Assembly (NCBI GenBank): GCA_965217775.1
Contig: CBDCJH010000002.1
Location: 2,976,001-3,040,000, forward strand
DNA length: 64,000 nucleotides
Origin: Acidobacteriota bacterium
Lineage (GTDB): Bacteria > Acidobacteriota > UBA6911 > RPQK01 > JAJDTT01
Direction of reading: 5' to 3'
Shown: in pieces, positions 49,426-58,916 of the stretch
Layout of the letters: every line of letters starts with the position of its first letter
Position numbering within the stretch: the first letter of the stretch is position 1
Program-made: the position numbers and the translations under genes
Notes under the pieces: model-generated
The model's input: only the letters and a program-made list of their open reading frames with translations
Databases searched by the model: none
Told to the model about the DNA's origin: nothing

Positions 49426-52293
49426 CTACTCGCTCCGGTAGCTTATCTCCACCTCTTCCAAGACTGGGGAGTTGACGCCGCCGGGAGAAACCAGCGTCGC
49501 CTTGTACTGGGTCCAGCGGTTCTTGTCCCCGAGGCCGTTCAGACGGCTGCCCGATCGAGTGTAGTGGCTTCCCGGTCCGTCGGGACCGGACCACTCGGAA
49601 GCACCCAGACCCTCCCGCGTCTCGGAACCCCTGACCTGGAATTGAACCGAGGTCTGGTGCGGCGTTCGCGCCTTCCAACGCAGGCTTTCGACCCGGCCGT
49701 TGTCAGGCAAGCGGAACGGCGAGGAGACGTAATCGTAGCGGGGAGACCGGTCATAGACGTTTCCCACGTCATGATGAATCGCCCAGTGCACTCCCCGGGT
49801 CGGAACCGGGAGCCGCCTCTCAGCCGTATATCCCTCCTCCGAACCCCAATAGAGGAACGAGTCGGTGCGGTGGTTTCCACCCTTGGTGTGGCAGACGAAG
49901 AAGATGTCCTGGTGCCCGTCCCGGTTGTAGTCGGCTACCATCACGCCGGAGGCGGAATCGGTAGGCAACAGGAGTGGCTCCGGGTCGAGTCCCGATTCGG
50001 TGCCCCGGAAGACGTAGGACGGGTGGTGCCGATTGACGCCGGCGTGGTAGCTGGAAACCACCAGATCCAGGCGGCCGTCCCGGTTCAGATCGGCGATGGA
50101 AGCATCCTCGCTCCCCACCGTGTCCAGGAGCAACATCCGGTCTTCCGAGAATCCCGCTTCCCCTCCCCAGTAAACGGCGGTGCCGGCGGCGAAGGGAGCC
50201 GCTTGGGGCTCGGCGTCGATGGCGCGGTCGCCCTCGTCCTGTCGAAGCTTCTCCAGGTCGTACAGATTGCAGATCACCACGTCCAGATAGCCGTCGCCGT
50301 TGAGGTCTCCGATCTCCGCTCCGACGGCCATCTTGGAGGGCAGAAACTGAACCTTCCGGTTGTCGAATCCGCCCGGTCCGTTCCAGAAGATGGCGACTCG
50401 GTCGCTGGTCCCGGTGAACAGCAGGTCGAGGTAGCCGTTGCGGTCCAGGTCCGCCGCCTTGTGGAGCCGGACGTCGGGAAACTTGAGGATGAAGCGGTTG
50501 TCCATTCGGTACCCGTTGGGGCCGCCCCAGAAGAGGCTCATCTCGTCCCGGCCGTGGGTCCACTCGCTGAGACTCAGGTCCAGGTAGCCGTCCCGATCGA
50601 AGTCCGCCACCACCACGCTGAAGCCTCTCCGAGTGGGGAGATGGGTGGTCTCGGTCCGCGAGAGTCCGCTGGACGTTCCCCAAAGAATGTCGATCTGACC
50701 CGCCAGCACCAGGTCGGTCCAGCCGTCCCGGTTGAGATCGGCGATGTTGGCGGCACTCAGGCCGGAATAGGGCAAGGTCCAGCGGTCCTCGGGGGAGTAG
50801 TCCCCCTCCGGCCGGCCCCAATAGATATGGGCGTTGGGGGCCCTGTCGGAAGCGTAGCCGTCCTTGCTGTTAGCGAAGGCCAGATCCTCATTGCCGTCAC
50901 CGTCCAGGTCGCCGGCGGCCACCGAGAGGGCGCCCCGGGTCGGCAACTCCAGTCGGCGGGAAGGATCAAACCCACCGGGGCCGTTCCAGTAGACGGTGGA
51001 GGAGACGTCGTAGGTCTCGTCGCTCTTCTCGTTGGCGAACACCAGGTCCGGGTACCCGTCCCCATTCAGATCGGCGGCGGCGCTGGCGCTAGCTGAAAGC
51101 GTCGGCAGGGCCGTCCTCAGATGCGGCCGGAACCCGCCGGGGGAACCCCAGTAGACGAAGGAGGCGTGCCCCGCTTTGTTGGACAGGATCAGATCGGGGT
51201 GCCCGTCCCGGTTGAGATCGGCCGCTTCGATGCCCCGGGTTCTCCAGCCGGGCAACTCGGTTCGCAGAGCGGAGTCGAACCCCTGGGACGACCCCCAGTA
51301 GACATAACAGGGAATGGGAGTGACGGCGATTCCTCCCGATTCCCGGTCGATCCCGGGAGCCGTCTCGTTGGCCACCGCCAGATCGGTCCAGCCGTCCTGG
51401 TTCAAGTCCGCTGCGATGACCTCCACACTCCCCAGACCCTCCAACCAGAAAGAGGAATCCGTGGAATAGCCGGACTCGGACCCCCAATAGACGAGTACCC
51501 CACCCGGATTGTCCTGGTAGTCCTGGACCGCGAAGACCAGATCGGGCGTCTGGTCCCGATTCAGATCGCCGATGGCCACGTCGCGGGCGAAACGGGTGGG
51601 AAGCTGCGTGGTTCGGCTGGGAGAGTAGCCGTCCGCCGATCCCCAGTAGATGTCCGAGTAGGGACGAACCACGCTGAAATCGCCCCCCTCCCGAGTGAAC
51701 TGGTAGGAGAGGCCGTTGCTGGCGAAGACGACTTCCGGGTAACCGTCCCCGTTCAGGTCTCCCGTGGCCACGGCCTGCGCCGAAACCGTCGGCAGATCGG
51801 CTCTTCGCTCGACGTCGAAACCGGACTCGCTCCCCCAATAGAGGGCCGACCGGTTCTCGGTCCGGGTGCCGTTGTAACCTTTCGCCACCACCAGGTCCGG
51901 ATGACCGTCCCGGTTCAAGTCCGAAATGGCGACGTCCTGTCCGCCTTCCCCCGGAAGGGCGGTTCTGCCGGAGGCGCCGAACTCATCTCGTCCCCAGTAG
52001 ATCCAGGCGTTCATGTCGAAATTGTTGTCGTGGCTTCCCGGCAGGACCAGATCGATGAGCCCGTCCTGGTTCAGGTCCAGTTGGTTGATGAGCCGGATGC
52101 TGCCGTCGGCGCCCAAATAGGTGTTGGCCCCGCCGTCGGTCAGGACCCCGTCGGCAAAATCGTTGAAACTGGACTCCCTCCAGACTTCCCCTCCTTCCTG
52201 TGCAGGCACCTGGGGAGTCTGTGCCGGAGGAGCACACGCCGCCAAGAGTCCCACTAAAGCGATGATGGCCATGCCGCGGCACGCAAAACTCAT
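49426..52293 (-). CDS. Large FG-GAP/VCBS repeat lipoprotein
   Basis: LLAAC lipobox, many DLNxDGxxDLV repeats each followed by YWG. Confidence 0.88.
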   Translation of the reverse strand: MSFACRGMAIIALVGLLAACAPPAQTPQVPAQEGGEVWRESSFNDFADGVLTDGGANTYLGADGSIRLINQLDLNQDGLIDLVLPGSHDNNFDMNAWIYWGRDEFGASGRTALPGEGGQDVAISDLNRDGHPDLVVAKGYNGTRTENRSALYWGSESGFDVERRADLPTVSAQAVATGDLNGDGYPEVVFASNGLSYQFTREGGDFSVVRPYSDIYWGSADGYSPSRTTQLPTRFARDVAIGDLNRDQTPDLVFAVQDYQDNPGGVLVYWGSESGYSTDSSFWLEGLGSVEVIAADLNQDGWTDLAVANETAPGIDRESGGIAVTPIPCYVYWGSSQGFDSALRTELPGWRTRGIEAADLNRDGHPDLILSNKAGHASFVYWGSPGGFRPHLRTALPTLSASASAAADLNGDGYPDLVFANEKSDETYDVSSTVYWNGPGGFDPSRRLELPTRGALSVAAGDLDGDGNEDLAFANSKDGYASDRAPNAHIYWGRPEGDYSPEDRWTLPYSGLSAANIADLNRDGWTDLVLAGQIDILWGTSSGLSRTETTHLPTRRGFSVVVADFDRDGYLDLSLSEWTHGRDEMSLFWGGPNGYRMDNRFILKFPDVRLHKAADLDRNGYLDLLFTGTSDRVAIFWNGPGGFDNRKVQFLPSKMAVGAEIGDLNGDGYLDVVICNLYDLEKLRQDEGDRAIDAEPQAAPFAAGTAVYWGGEAGFSEDRMLLLDTVGSEDASIADLNRDGRLDLVVSSYHAGVNRHHPSYVFRGTESGLDPEPLLLPTDSASGVMVADYNRDGHQDIFFVCHTKGGNHRTDSFLYWGSEEGYTAERRLPVPTRGVHWAIHHDVGNVYDRSPRYDYVSSPFRLPDNGRVESLRWKARTPHQTSVQFQVRGSETREGLGASEWSGPDGPGSHYTRSGSRLNGLGDKNRWTQYKATLVSPGGVNSPVLEEVEISYRSE

Positions 52294-53567
52294 GGTGCTT
52301 CTCCTGAATCCTGCAGGCTTCTCTCCAGGACGAGCGGTCGGTCGACGCCGGAAAGAAGGTTGGTGACGGTGATGCGGAGTCGGACGTCCGTTTCTCCCTC
52401 GTTCACCTTGATGGGAGCCAGGGTCTGACCTTGTTCCGTAATGCGAAACTCACGTTGACCCGAAGACTCCTCCTCCTCGAACCTGGACACCTTGAGCCGA
52501 AACGGGAAGGATGAAGTATTGGCAACCGACAGAAAATGCCGTTTCCGGTCATTTTGGACGCTGGGGGTAAGACTGAAATCGAGTGCGCTCTCGGCCAGAG
52601 CTCGGAGCCATTCCTCCCTGCCCCAGATCATCTCACCGAAATAGGCCAGGGTACGGCGGGCCTTGATCGCCTTTCGGATCGCCTTCTCGTCCCGGCTCTT
52701 GGCCAGGACCAAGGTCATGTCCCGTCGTTCTCCCCGGCTCCGGTCCACGATCTGGTCGATGGGCCAGTGAGCGTCCGACGAGGCGATGACGGCCAGGTCG
52801 TGCTTGAGACACCAGTCCATCACCCGGGAGAAGACGGGTTCCCCCCGGTGGTATCCAATCCCCTTCCCACCTTTTCGGCCACTGTTCCTCAACTCGATCC
52901 CGTCCAGCCACCCCAACTCCAATAGCCGCTTGGCGTCCCGGGCCCATCGAGGGCCGGGATGGGCCCAGATGATGACGGCTCCCTGCTCCCGGGCCGACCG
53001 GACCGCCGTGTCGAAGTCGTTGAAAAAGGGACCCTCGTCCTGAATGAACGCGACCACGTGATCCGAGTCCTCATCCGTGTATTGGGGTCCCGAAAGGGTC
53101 GTCAACTCGGCTCCACGAACCAGCAACAGACCCAGGGCCCGGGCCAGCGGAAGGGCTCGGCCGTAGGCCCGATCGCGATCCTGGGGCAGAGCCAGCGTCA
53201 GGTACTCAGGATGATCGGTGATGACCAGCAGATCCAGTCCATCCCGCCACGCTTCCCAGACTCGAGTCTCGGGCAGGACCTGGCCGTCGGAGTAGATGGT
53301 GTGAATGTGGAGATCTGCCTTGATCACCCAAAACCCCTGGATCCGGGGAAAGACGACCTCTTGGCGAGAGAGTCCCGGGTGCCCGGCCACGTAGGGCCAG
53401 CCGTACTGCGCGGCCAGCTTCCGGGCGTTCGTCTTCTGCGGCTCCGTCCGGCCTTCAGCGCCAGCTGCTGGCACGAAGACCGTCACCGCCGACAGCAGAA
53501 GGGTGACCACCCAGGCTCTTCGAATGCATGTTCCGATGATTCCGACTCGATTCCTCGCTGCAAACAT
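52290..53567 (-). CDS. PHP-domain phosphoesterase, secreted
   Basis: DLHIHTIYSDG, ITDH, GAE, WAHP, SSDAH. Start uncertain. Confidence 0.82.
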   Translation of the reverse strand: MFAARNRVGIIGTCIRRAWVVTLLLSAVTVFVPAAGAEGRTEPQKTNARKLAAQYGWPYVAGHPGLSRQEVVFPRIQGFWVIKADLHIHTIYSDGQVLPETRVWEAWRDGLDLLVITDHPEYLTLALPQDRDRAYGRALPLARALGLLLVRGAELTTLSGPQYTDEDSDHVVAFIQDEGPFFNDFDTAVRSAREQGAVIIWAHPGPRWARDAKRLLELGWLDGIELRNSGRKGGKGIGYHRGEPVFSRVMDWCLKHDLAVIASSDAHWPIDQIVDRSRGERRDMTLVLAKSRDEKAIRKAIKARRTLAYFGEMIWGREEWLRALAESALDFSLTPSVQNDRKRHFLSVANTSSFPFRLKVSRFEEEESSGQREFRITEQGQTLAPIKVNEGETDVRLRITVTNLLSGVDRPLVLERSLQDSGEAP

Positions 53568-53591
53568 AAAATGATATAAGTATCCGCTGCC

Positions 53592-54368
53592 ATGAACGTC
53601 AAGCAGTTGTTGGATCTCACCGGCAAGGTATCGGTCGTCACCGGCGGCACCGGATTCTACGGAAAACCCATTTCCGAGGGATTGGCCGAAGCCGGGGCCC
53701 ATGTCGTCATCGCCTCCAGAAACCGTCAGCGCTGCCAGGACTGGGCTTTGGAGTTGGAAGGGAGAGGCTACTCCGCCAGCGCCGGCGGATTCGACCAGGG
53801 GAGTGAATCCTCGATCCTGGACTTTTGCGAACGAGTCTGGAGGAAGTTCGGCGCCGTCGACGTGCTGGTCAACAACTCGGTGGCGCGGCCCATGAGAGCC
53901 TACACCGACCCGCTACAAGCCTGGCAGCGATCGATGGAGGTCAACGCCACCGGTCTCTTCGCCATCTCCCGGGCTTTCGTGGACCGGATGATGGAGCGGG
54001 GAAAGGGAGCCGTGGTCAACATCGGCTCCATCCAGTCCGTCGTGGCCCCCAACTTCACCAACTACGCCGGCACCGACATGACCACGCCTCCCGACTACCA
54101 CTTTCACAAGCATGGGATGATCGGCCTGACCAAGTACCTGGCCGCGTGGGCGGGACCCCAGGGGGTCCGGGTCAACGCCATCGCCCCCGGAGGACTCGCT
54201 TTGGGAGATGAGAAGGAGCCCTTCTTGTCCCAGTACTGCAGCAACACCTTCCTGGGCCGCATGGCCCAATACGACGACATCAAGGGGTCGGTTGTCTTCC
54301 TGGCCTCCGAAGCCTCCGCCTATGTCACTGGGCACACCATCCTGCTGGACGGCGGCTACTGCGCCTGA
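53592..54368 (+). CDS. SDR family oxidoreductase
   Basis: VTGGTGFYG, VLVNNS, YHFHK (YxxxK), VRVNAIAPGG, YVTGHTILLDGG. Confidence 0.92.
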   Translation: MNVKQLLDLTGKVSVVTGGTGFYGKPISEGLAEAGAHVVIASRNRQRCQDWALELEGRGYSASAGGFDQGSESSILDFCERVWRKFGAVDVLVNNSVARPMRAYTDPLQAWQRSMEVNATGLFAISRAFVDRMMERGKGAVVNIGSIQSVVAPNFTNYAGTDMTTPPDYHFHKHGMIGLTKYLAAWAGPQGVRVNAIAPGGLALGDEKEPFLSQYCSNTFLGRMAQYDDIKGSVVFLASEASAYVTGHTILLDGGYCA

Positions 54369-54394
54369 GCGAAATCTCTCACTCCCCCTCCAAC

Positions 54395-54431
54395 AAAAAA
54401 AGCGCGCCCACCGCAAGGCGGGCGCGCTTTT
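54395..54431. terminator. Bidirectional intrinsic terminator
   Basis: AAAAAAAGCGCGCCCACC-GCAA-GGCGGGCGCGCTTTT between convergent genes. Confidence 0.88.
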
Positions 54432-54452
54432 GAACATCGACCGGAACCTGGA

Positions 54453-57400
54453 TCAGTAATAGATCTTCAGGCCGAACTGCAACTGCCTTCCGGTCAGGGC
54501 CGCTCCAATGGCGCCGAAAGATCCGGCGCTGAAGTTGAAGGTGTTGTTGTTCGAGTTCAGGTTCGTGTGATTGGTCAGATTGAAGGCCTCGAACCGGAAC
54601 TGGATTCGGGTCTCCTCACCTAGATAGAAGTCCCGCAGCAGCGAGAAGTCGAAGTTGATGGTACCGGGACCCTCGACAATGCCACGGCTCGCGTTGCCAT
54701 ACCTACCAGGAGGTGGCGCCGCAAAGGCATCCGTCCGGAACCACTCCTCGGGCCGCCGGGTGCCGGTATTGGGATCCCGCAGCAGGTCCGGCCGCTGGGA
54801 AGCATTACTTCCAACCGCGAGCAGATCGGCAGTGGACACCGTATAGAAGTGCCCCTTCTGGAGAGTGGTGATGGCGTAGACGCTCCAACTTCCGAAGATC
54901 TGGCTGAAGAAGCCGTCCGAGCCGAAGGCGCGGCCGGGACCGAAGGGTAGATCCCAACCCTTCAACCAAGCCAGCCGCACGGGGATGTTGCCTTCGCCCC
55001 TTCCCCGGTTCAGGACGTTGAAATTTCTAGCCCAGAGGTTCCGGCTCACCCCGCGAGGGTCACCGGTGACACCGAGGCGTCCGCCGGTCGTATCGAGGCT
55101 CTTTCCCCAGCTGAAAGCCAGCAGGGAGGTCAAGCCGTACAGGCCAGGCCGCTTTTCCCACTTGAAATTGAAGCCATGGTAGGTCTGGTCTCCGTTGGCC
55201 AGAAGCATGTGATATCGACCCATGGAGGGCCAGGGCCGGCGGGGCTGAATGGCGCCTTCACCCGGAACCGCATCGTTGAACTCGAACACCTGCATCTCGT
55301 GCACCGAGCGGGAACCCTCATAGCCGACCTCGAGCATATTATTCTCGCCGACGCGATGCTGGAAGGACAGGCCGAAGTTGGGCACATACCACTGGGGCAT
55401 GATGTCCTCGTATCCGCCCCCGGGAAGGATTTGCGCACCGGTGGCGCCCACCAGAATCGATTCGTCGAAGGGGTCGGAGATATGGAGGTTCGGGGTCACC
55501 GCATCTGCGTAGAAGTCCCTCTGCCCCGAGTTGGGCCTCGGGTTGCCCAAGGCCGCCGCACCGTACATCATGCCGCCCGGCGGCTCGTTCCCGTAGAGGC
55601 CGCCGCCGATACGCAACACCGTCTTGTCCGTCAGACGGTAGGAAAGCCCCAGGCGGGGCTGAAATCCGTTCTTGGTCCAGGTGAAGATGTTGACCTGCGG
55701 TTCGAACCGGCCGGTCTCGGGAAATATGAGGGTTTGGTTCAGCAGAGCGGGAGAATAGCAATCGGGAATCGGATTCTCGGTCCGCAATGCACAGTCGGCC
55801 TTGAGGTTGGTGGAGAATCCCCGCTTGTCTTCCCAGCCCTGACGCAGCTCGTAGCGGAGCCCGAGCTGGAGGGTCAGTTTGGGAGTGGCCTTCCAACTAT
55901 CCTGCAGATAGATGTAGTGGCCCGGGAAGTTGTGGTTCAAACGAGCTTCGCTTCCCTCTCGGGACTGGTTCAGATAGCCCAGGTAGAAGTTGGCCAAGGC
56001 GTTTCCGGCGTACCGGGTCGGAGTATTGAAGTAGAGAATACTGCGGCGCTCCAAACCGAAGAAGACGTAGTGGTACCGGTAATGGTAGCCCGCCTTCAGG
56101 TAATGGTTGCCCTTGGTCCAACTGACGTTTTCCTTGAGCTCCCACTGCCCCTCGGGGACGGGCCCGCGGTTACCGCGAGAACCGATGCTGGGATAGCCGG
56201 TCACGATGGTCGTAGGCGTCCCCAGAAGGTCCACGCCCCGCTTGGGCCAGTTGGGAAAGTTCAGCTGGTTGGCCAGATCGGGGCCTCCCGGCGGGAAGCC
56301 CGGATTGTAGGGCCGCCGGTAGAAATGCAGTCCCAGCTCATTGACGACGCTGGGTCCGAAGTTTCGCGTGTTGACCACGTTCTGAGCCCAGTTGTCGAGG
56401 CCGTTGATGACGGTGAAGGCGTCGACGACGTTGACGAAGGTGATGGGCCGCTGATTGAAGAGGAAGCGACCGAACCAGCGGCTGTCGTCGCCCGTCTTGA
56501 TGTCCATCCGGACGATGTACTCGTTCCGCTCCGAGGGGGCGTTGGAGGCACTGGTGTAGTTGAATCCCCGGCTGATGTCCGTGTTGGGCGACGGCCAGAG
56601 GTCTCCCAGCAGCTTGGACTGGGGAGTGATCCGGTTGGCGGGAATGGTGTTGTTGGGAAAGGGCTCGCCCGTCATGGGATCCATGATGGTGCTGGAGAAG
56701 GCGCCCCCCCGCTCCGCCGCAGTGGGCACTGTCGCCGTCAGCGAACGAAACTGTCGAATTCGCTCGCCGCTGTAGGCGAAGAACCACCAAGACTGGTCAC
56801 GGCCGTCATACAGGCCCGGGACCATGATCGGCCCGCCGGCCACGGCGCCGAACTGGTTCCGCTTGAACTCGTTCTTGGGACCGGTGTCGAAGAAGTTCCG
56901 GGCATCCAGGTTGTCGTTGCGGTGGAACCAGAAGATGGTGCCGTGCAACTCGTTGGTGCCGCTCTTGGTGACGGCGCTGAACTGTCCGCCCGGCTTGATG
57001 CCGTACTCGGCGCCATAGAGGCCGCTCTTCACCTCGAACTCCTGGATGGCGTCGGGGTTGGCGAAGAACTGGAGCGAGCCGTTGGTCTCGCTCATCTGGG
57101 AGCCGTCCAGCGTGGCGTTGTTGTCGGCCCGGCGCATGCCCCGGACGTTGAACGCGACGCCGCTGGTGACGCCGCCCACGTTGCGCAGCGGCTGGACACC
57201 GGGCGTCAGCCCGCCCAACACCCCGAAGACGTCTCTCTGGTTCAGCGGAATGTTGATGATCTTCTTGTTGTCGATCACCTGCCCGAACTCCGCCGTCTCC
57301 GTCTTGAGAATGGGCGCGGTGGAGGCGACCTCCACCACCTCGGACACTTCCCCGACGCTCAACTCGATGTCGATGCGGAAGGTCTGCCCCACGTCCACCT

Positions 57401-57683
57401 TCAAGCCGGAACGAACCTCGGTCTTGAAGCCGGGCATGGTGACCCTCAGTTCGTACACGTCCGCCGGCAGCGCCGCGATGGCGAACTGGCCGGTGTCGCT
57501 GGAGAGCGAGGAGTGGACCTGGTTGGTGGCGATCTGGGTCATGTACACTTCGGCGCCTGGAATCACTGCGCCCGTGCTGTCGCTGACGGTTCCCACCACG
57601 GTAGCCCTGTCTCCCTGTCCCAGGGCCAAGCCGAAGCTCAGTCCCACCAGAAGCAGCGCGAGACACAATCGTTTGCTGTCCAT
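54453..57683 (-). CDS. TonB-dependent receptor, Oar-like
   Basis: Signal peptide, GTVSDSTGAVIPGAEV, PDAIQEFEV, TKSGTNELHG, NLDARNFF, RQLQFGLKIYY. Confidence 0.92.
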   Translation of the reverse strand: MDSKRLCLALLLVGLSFGLALGQGDRATVVGTVSDSTGAVIPGAEVYMTQIATNQVHSSLSSDTGQFAIAALPADVYELRVTMPGFKTEVRSGLKVDVGQTFRIDIELSVGEVSEVVEVASTAPILKTETAEFGQVIDNKKIINIPLNQRDVFGVLGGLTPGVQPLRNVGGVTSGVAFNVRGMRRADNNATLDGSQMSETNGSLQFFANPDAIQEFEVKSGLYGAEYGIKPGGQFSAVTKSGTNELHGTIFWFHRNDNLDARNFFDTGPKNEFKRNQFGAVAGGPIMVPGLYDGRDQSWWFFAYSGERIRQFRSLTATVPTAAERGGAFSSTIMDPMTGEPFPNNTIPANRITPQSKLLGDLWPSPNTDISRGFNYTSASNAPSERNEYIVRMDIKTGDDSRWFGRFLFNQRPITFVNVVDAFTVINGLDNWAQNVVNTRNFGPSVVNELGLHFYRRPYNPGFPPGGPDLANQLNFPNWPKRGVDLLGTPTTIVTGYPSIGSRGNRGPVPEGQWELKENVSWTKGNHYLKAGYHYRYHYVFFGLERRSILYFNTPTRYAGNALANFYLGYLNQSREGSEARLNHNFPGHYIYLQDSWKATPKLTLQLGLRYELRQGWEDKRGFSTNLKADCALRTENPIPDCYSPALLNQTLIFPETGRFEPQVNIFTWTKNGFQPRLGLSYRLTDKTVLRIGGGLYGNEPPGGMMYGAAALGNPRPNSGQRDFYADAVTPNLHISDPFDESILVGATGAQILPGGGYEDIMPQWYVPNFGLSFQHRVGENNMLEVGYEGSRSVHEMQVFEFNDAVPGEGAIQPRRPWPSMGRYHMLLANGDQTYHGFNFKWEKRPGLYGLTSLLAFSWGKSLDTTGGRLGVTGDPRGVSRNLWARNFNVLNRGRGEGNIPVRLAWLKGWDLPFGPGRAFGSDGFFSQIFGSWSVYAITTLQKGHFYTVSTADLLAVGSNASQRPDLLRDPNTGTRRPEEWFRTDAFAAPPPGRYGNASRGIVEGPGTINFDFSLLRDFYLGEETRIQFRFEAFNLTNHTNLNSNNNTFNFSAGSFGAIGAALTGRQLQFGLKIYY

Positions 57684-57757
57684 TAAGACCCCCTACGTTT
57701 GGTTAGTTGAGCCTGGGATACACCATTCCTCCCGAATGGCCTGGGTCAACCACCGGT

Positions 57758-57786
57758 ATTTTGAAGATATCCCAGACTCCTGTCAA
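57758..57786 (-). promoter_or_regulatory. Sigma70-like promoter of the TonB-dependent receptor
   Basis: TTGACA-17 nt-CAAAAT on the minus strand. Confidence 0.65.
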
Positions 57787-58024
57787 CCTGGAATCCGCCT
57801 ATTTTTTGCGGCTGCCCCTGTCCCGAAATAAAAAACGCCGGAGTGCACGGCCGACAGCAGGACATCTCTCGGTCCCTGTGTCCAGAGCCGACGTCAGTTA
57901 GGACCGATCCACACCTTGTTGAGTATCGCCGGAAGTCCCGGACACGCAGCAACCGGAACCCCGTCTCTCCCCGTGGCGAGAAAACGCGGAGACAGAATAT
58001 GGATTGAAAGTCATTTTATGATGG

Positions 58025-58391
58025 GTGGTGAGACGGACTGTTGAGATCGGCGACGAGTTCGAGTCGGAGTTTGACGAGTTGCAAGAAGACGTGCGGACGG
58101 AGATTCTGGCGTTGACGCGTCTTCTCCAACAGTTCGGGCCGCAATTGGTGGAGACCACGCGTGGACACGCTGAACGAGTCACGCCACGCAAACATGAAGG
58201 AACTGCGTTTCAGCGCTGCGGACGGCAAATGGAGGGTCGCTTTCGCCTTTGATCCGAAGCGTAAGGCGATACTGCTGGTTGCGGGAGATAAATCGGGGGG
58301 CAGTGTCAGACGATTTTATCGCCGGCTGCTCGCCAAGGCCGATGCCCGTTTTGACGCGCATCTGGCTCGTCTGAAAATAGTGGCGAAGTAG
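58025..58391 (+). pseudogene. RelE/ParE (Gp49-like) toxin, frameshifted
   Basis: ..TVEIGDEFESEFDEL..FGPQL, then one extra nt at about 58149. Removing it gives LGRPRVDTLNESRHANMKELRF..WRVAFAFDPKRKAILLVAGDKSG. Confidence 0.82.
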
Positions 58392-58393
58392 TC

Positions 58394-58719
58394 ATGGCTG
58401 TGAACGTCGACGAAAAATCAGAAAGTTGAGCCCCGCTCAACGCAGGAAGGTCGAGGCTCGCGCCGCCGAGCTGATGGCTGAAGAAATGACATTGCGTGAA
58501 TTGAGGCACGCACGCAAGCTCACGCAGGTTCGCGTCGCCAGAAAGCTGGGGATCACCCAGGACAGCGTCTCGCGGCTCGAGCAGCGCAGTGACCTGCTGC
58601 TGTCCACGCTCCGTAAGACGGTCGAGGCAATGGGCGGAAATCTGAGACTGGTGGCCGAATTCCCCGACCGCGCCCCGGTTGTGCTGTCCGGCATCGCGGA
58701 GGACGACCCGCGCGCCTGA
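58394..58719 (+). pseudogene. XRE-family HTH antitoxin with a 1-nt deletion near the 5' end (TTG at 58426 could rescue translation)
   Basis: ATG at 58394 (MAVNVDEK). The A5 run at 58413-58417 is one short of ..EKIRKLSPAQRRKVE. HTH LTQVRVARKLGITQDSVSRLE, DLLLSTL. Confidence 0.75.
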
Positions 58720-58835
58720 TCACGACACAACAGAACCACTCACCGGCACGGCCCGTAGTCGTGCTCGGACCGCTGCCCGGTAGCCGGCCTCCCGTGTAAT
58801 CCTCCTGCCTCTTTCCGTCCTCCTCATCTTCCGTA

Positions 58836-58864
58836 TTGATTTGCCGTCCGCAGGGGAATATATT
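58836..58864 (+). promoter_or_regulatory. Sigma70-like promoter of purF-purM-purN
   Basis: TTGATT-17 nt-TATATT. Confidence 0.55.
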
Positions 58865-58916
58865 GCCGCCGTGGAGTCCAACCTCCGCGCGGGCCCTTCC
58901 GAAACGCGAACAGTCC

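Noticed and set aside
55176-57686. Long antisense ORFs (also 8201-9622, 41294-43345, 25725-27434 and others)
   Set aside because: Stop-poor mirror frames of high-GC3 genes with no recognisable motifs.
57837-58795. Direct repeat bounding the RelE/XRE islet (GCACGGCC..CTCGG..AGCCG)
   Set aside because: Needs several gaps and is not distinguishable from chance in GC-rich DNA by eye.
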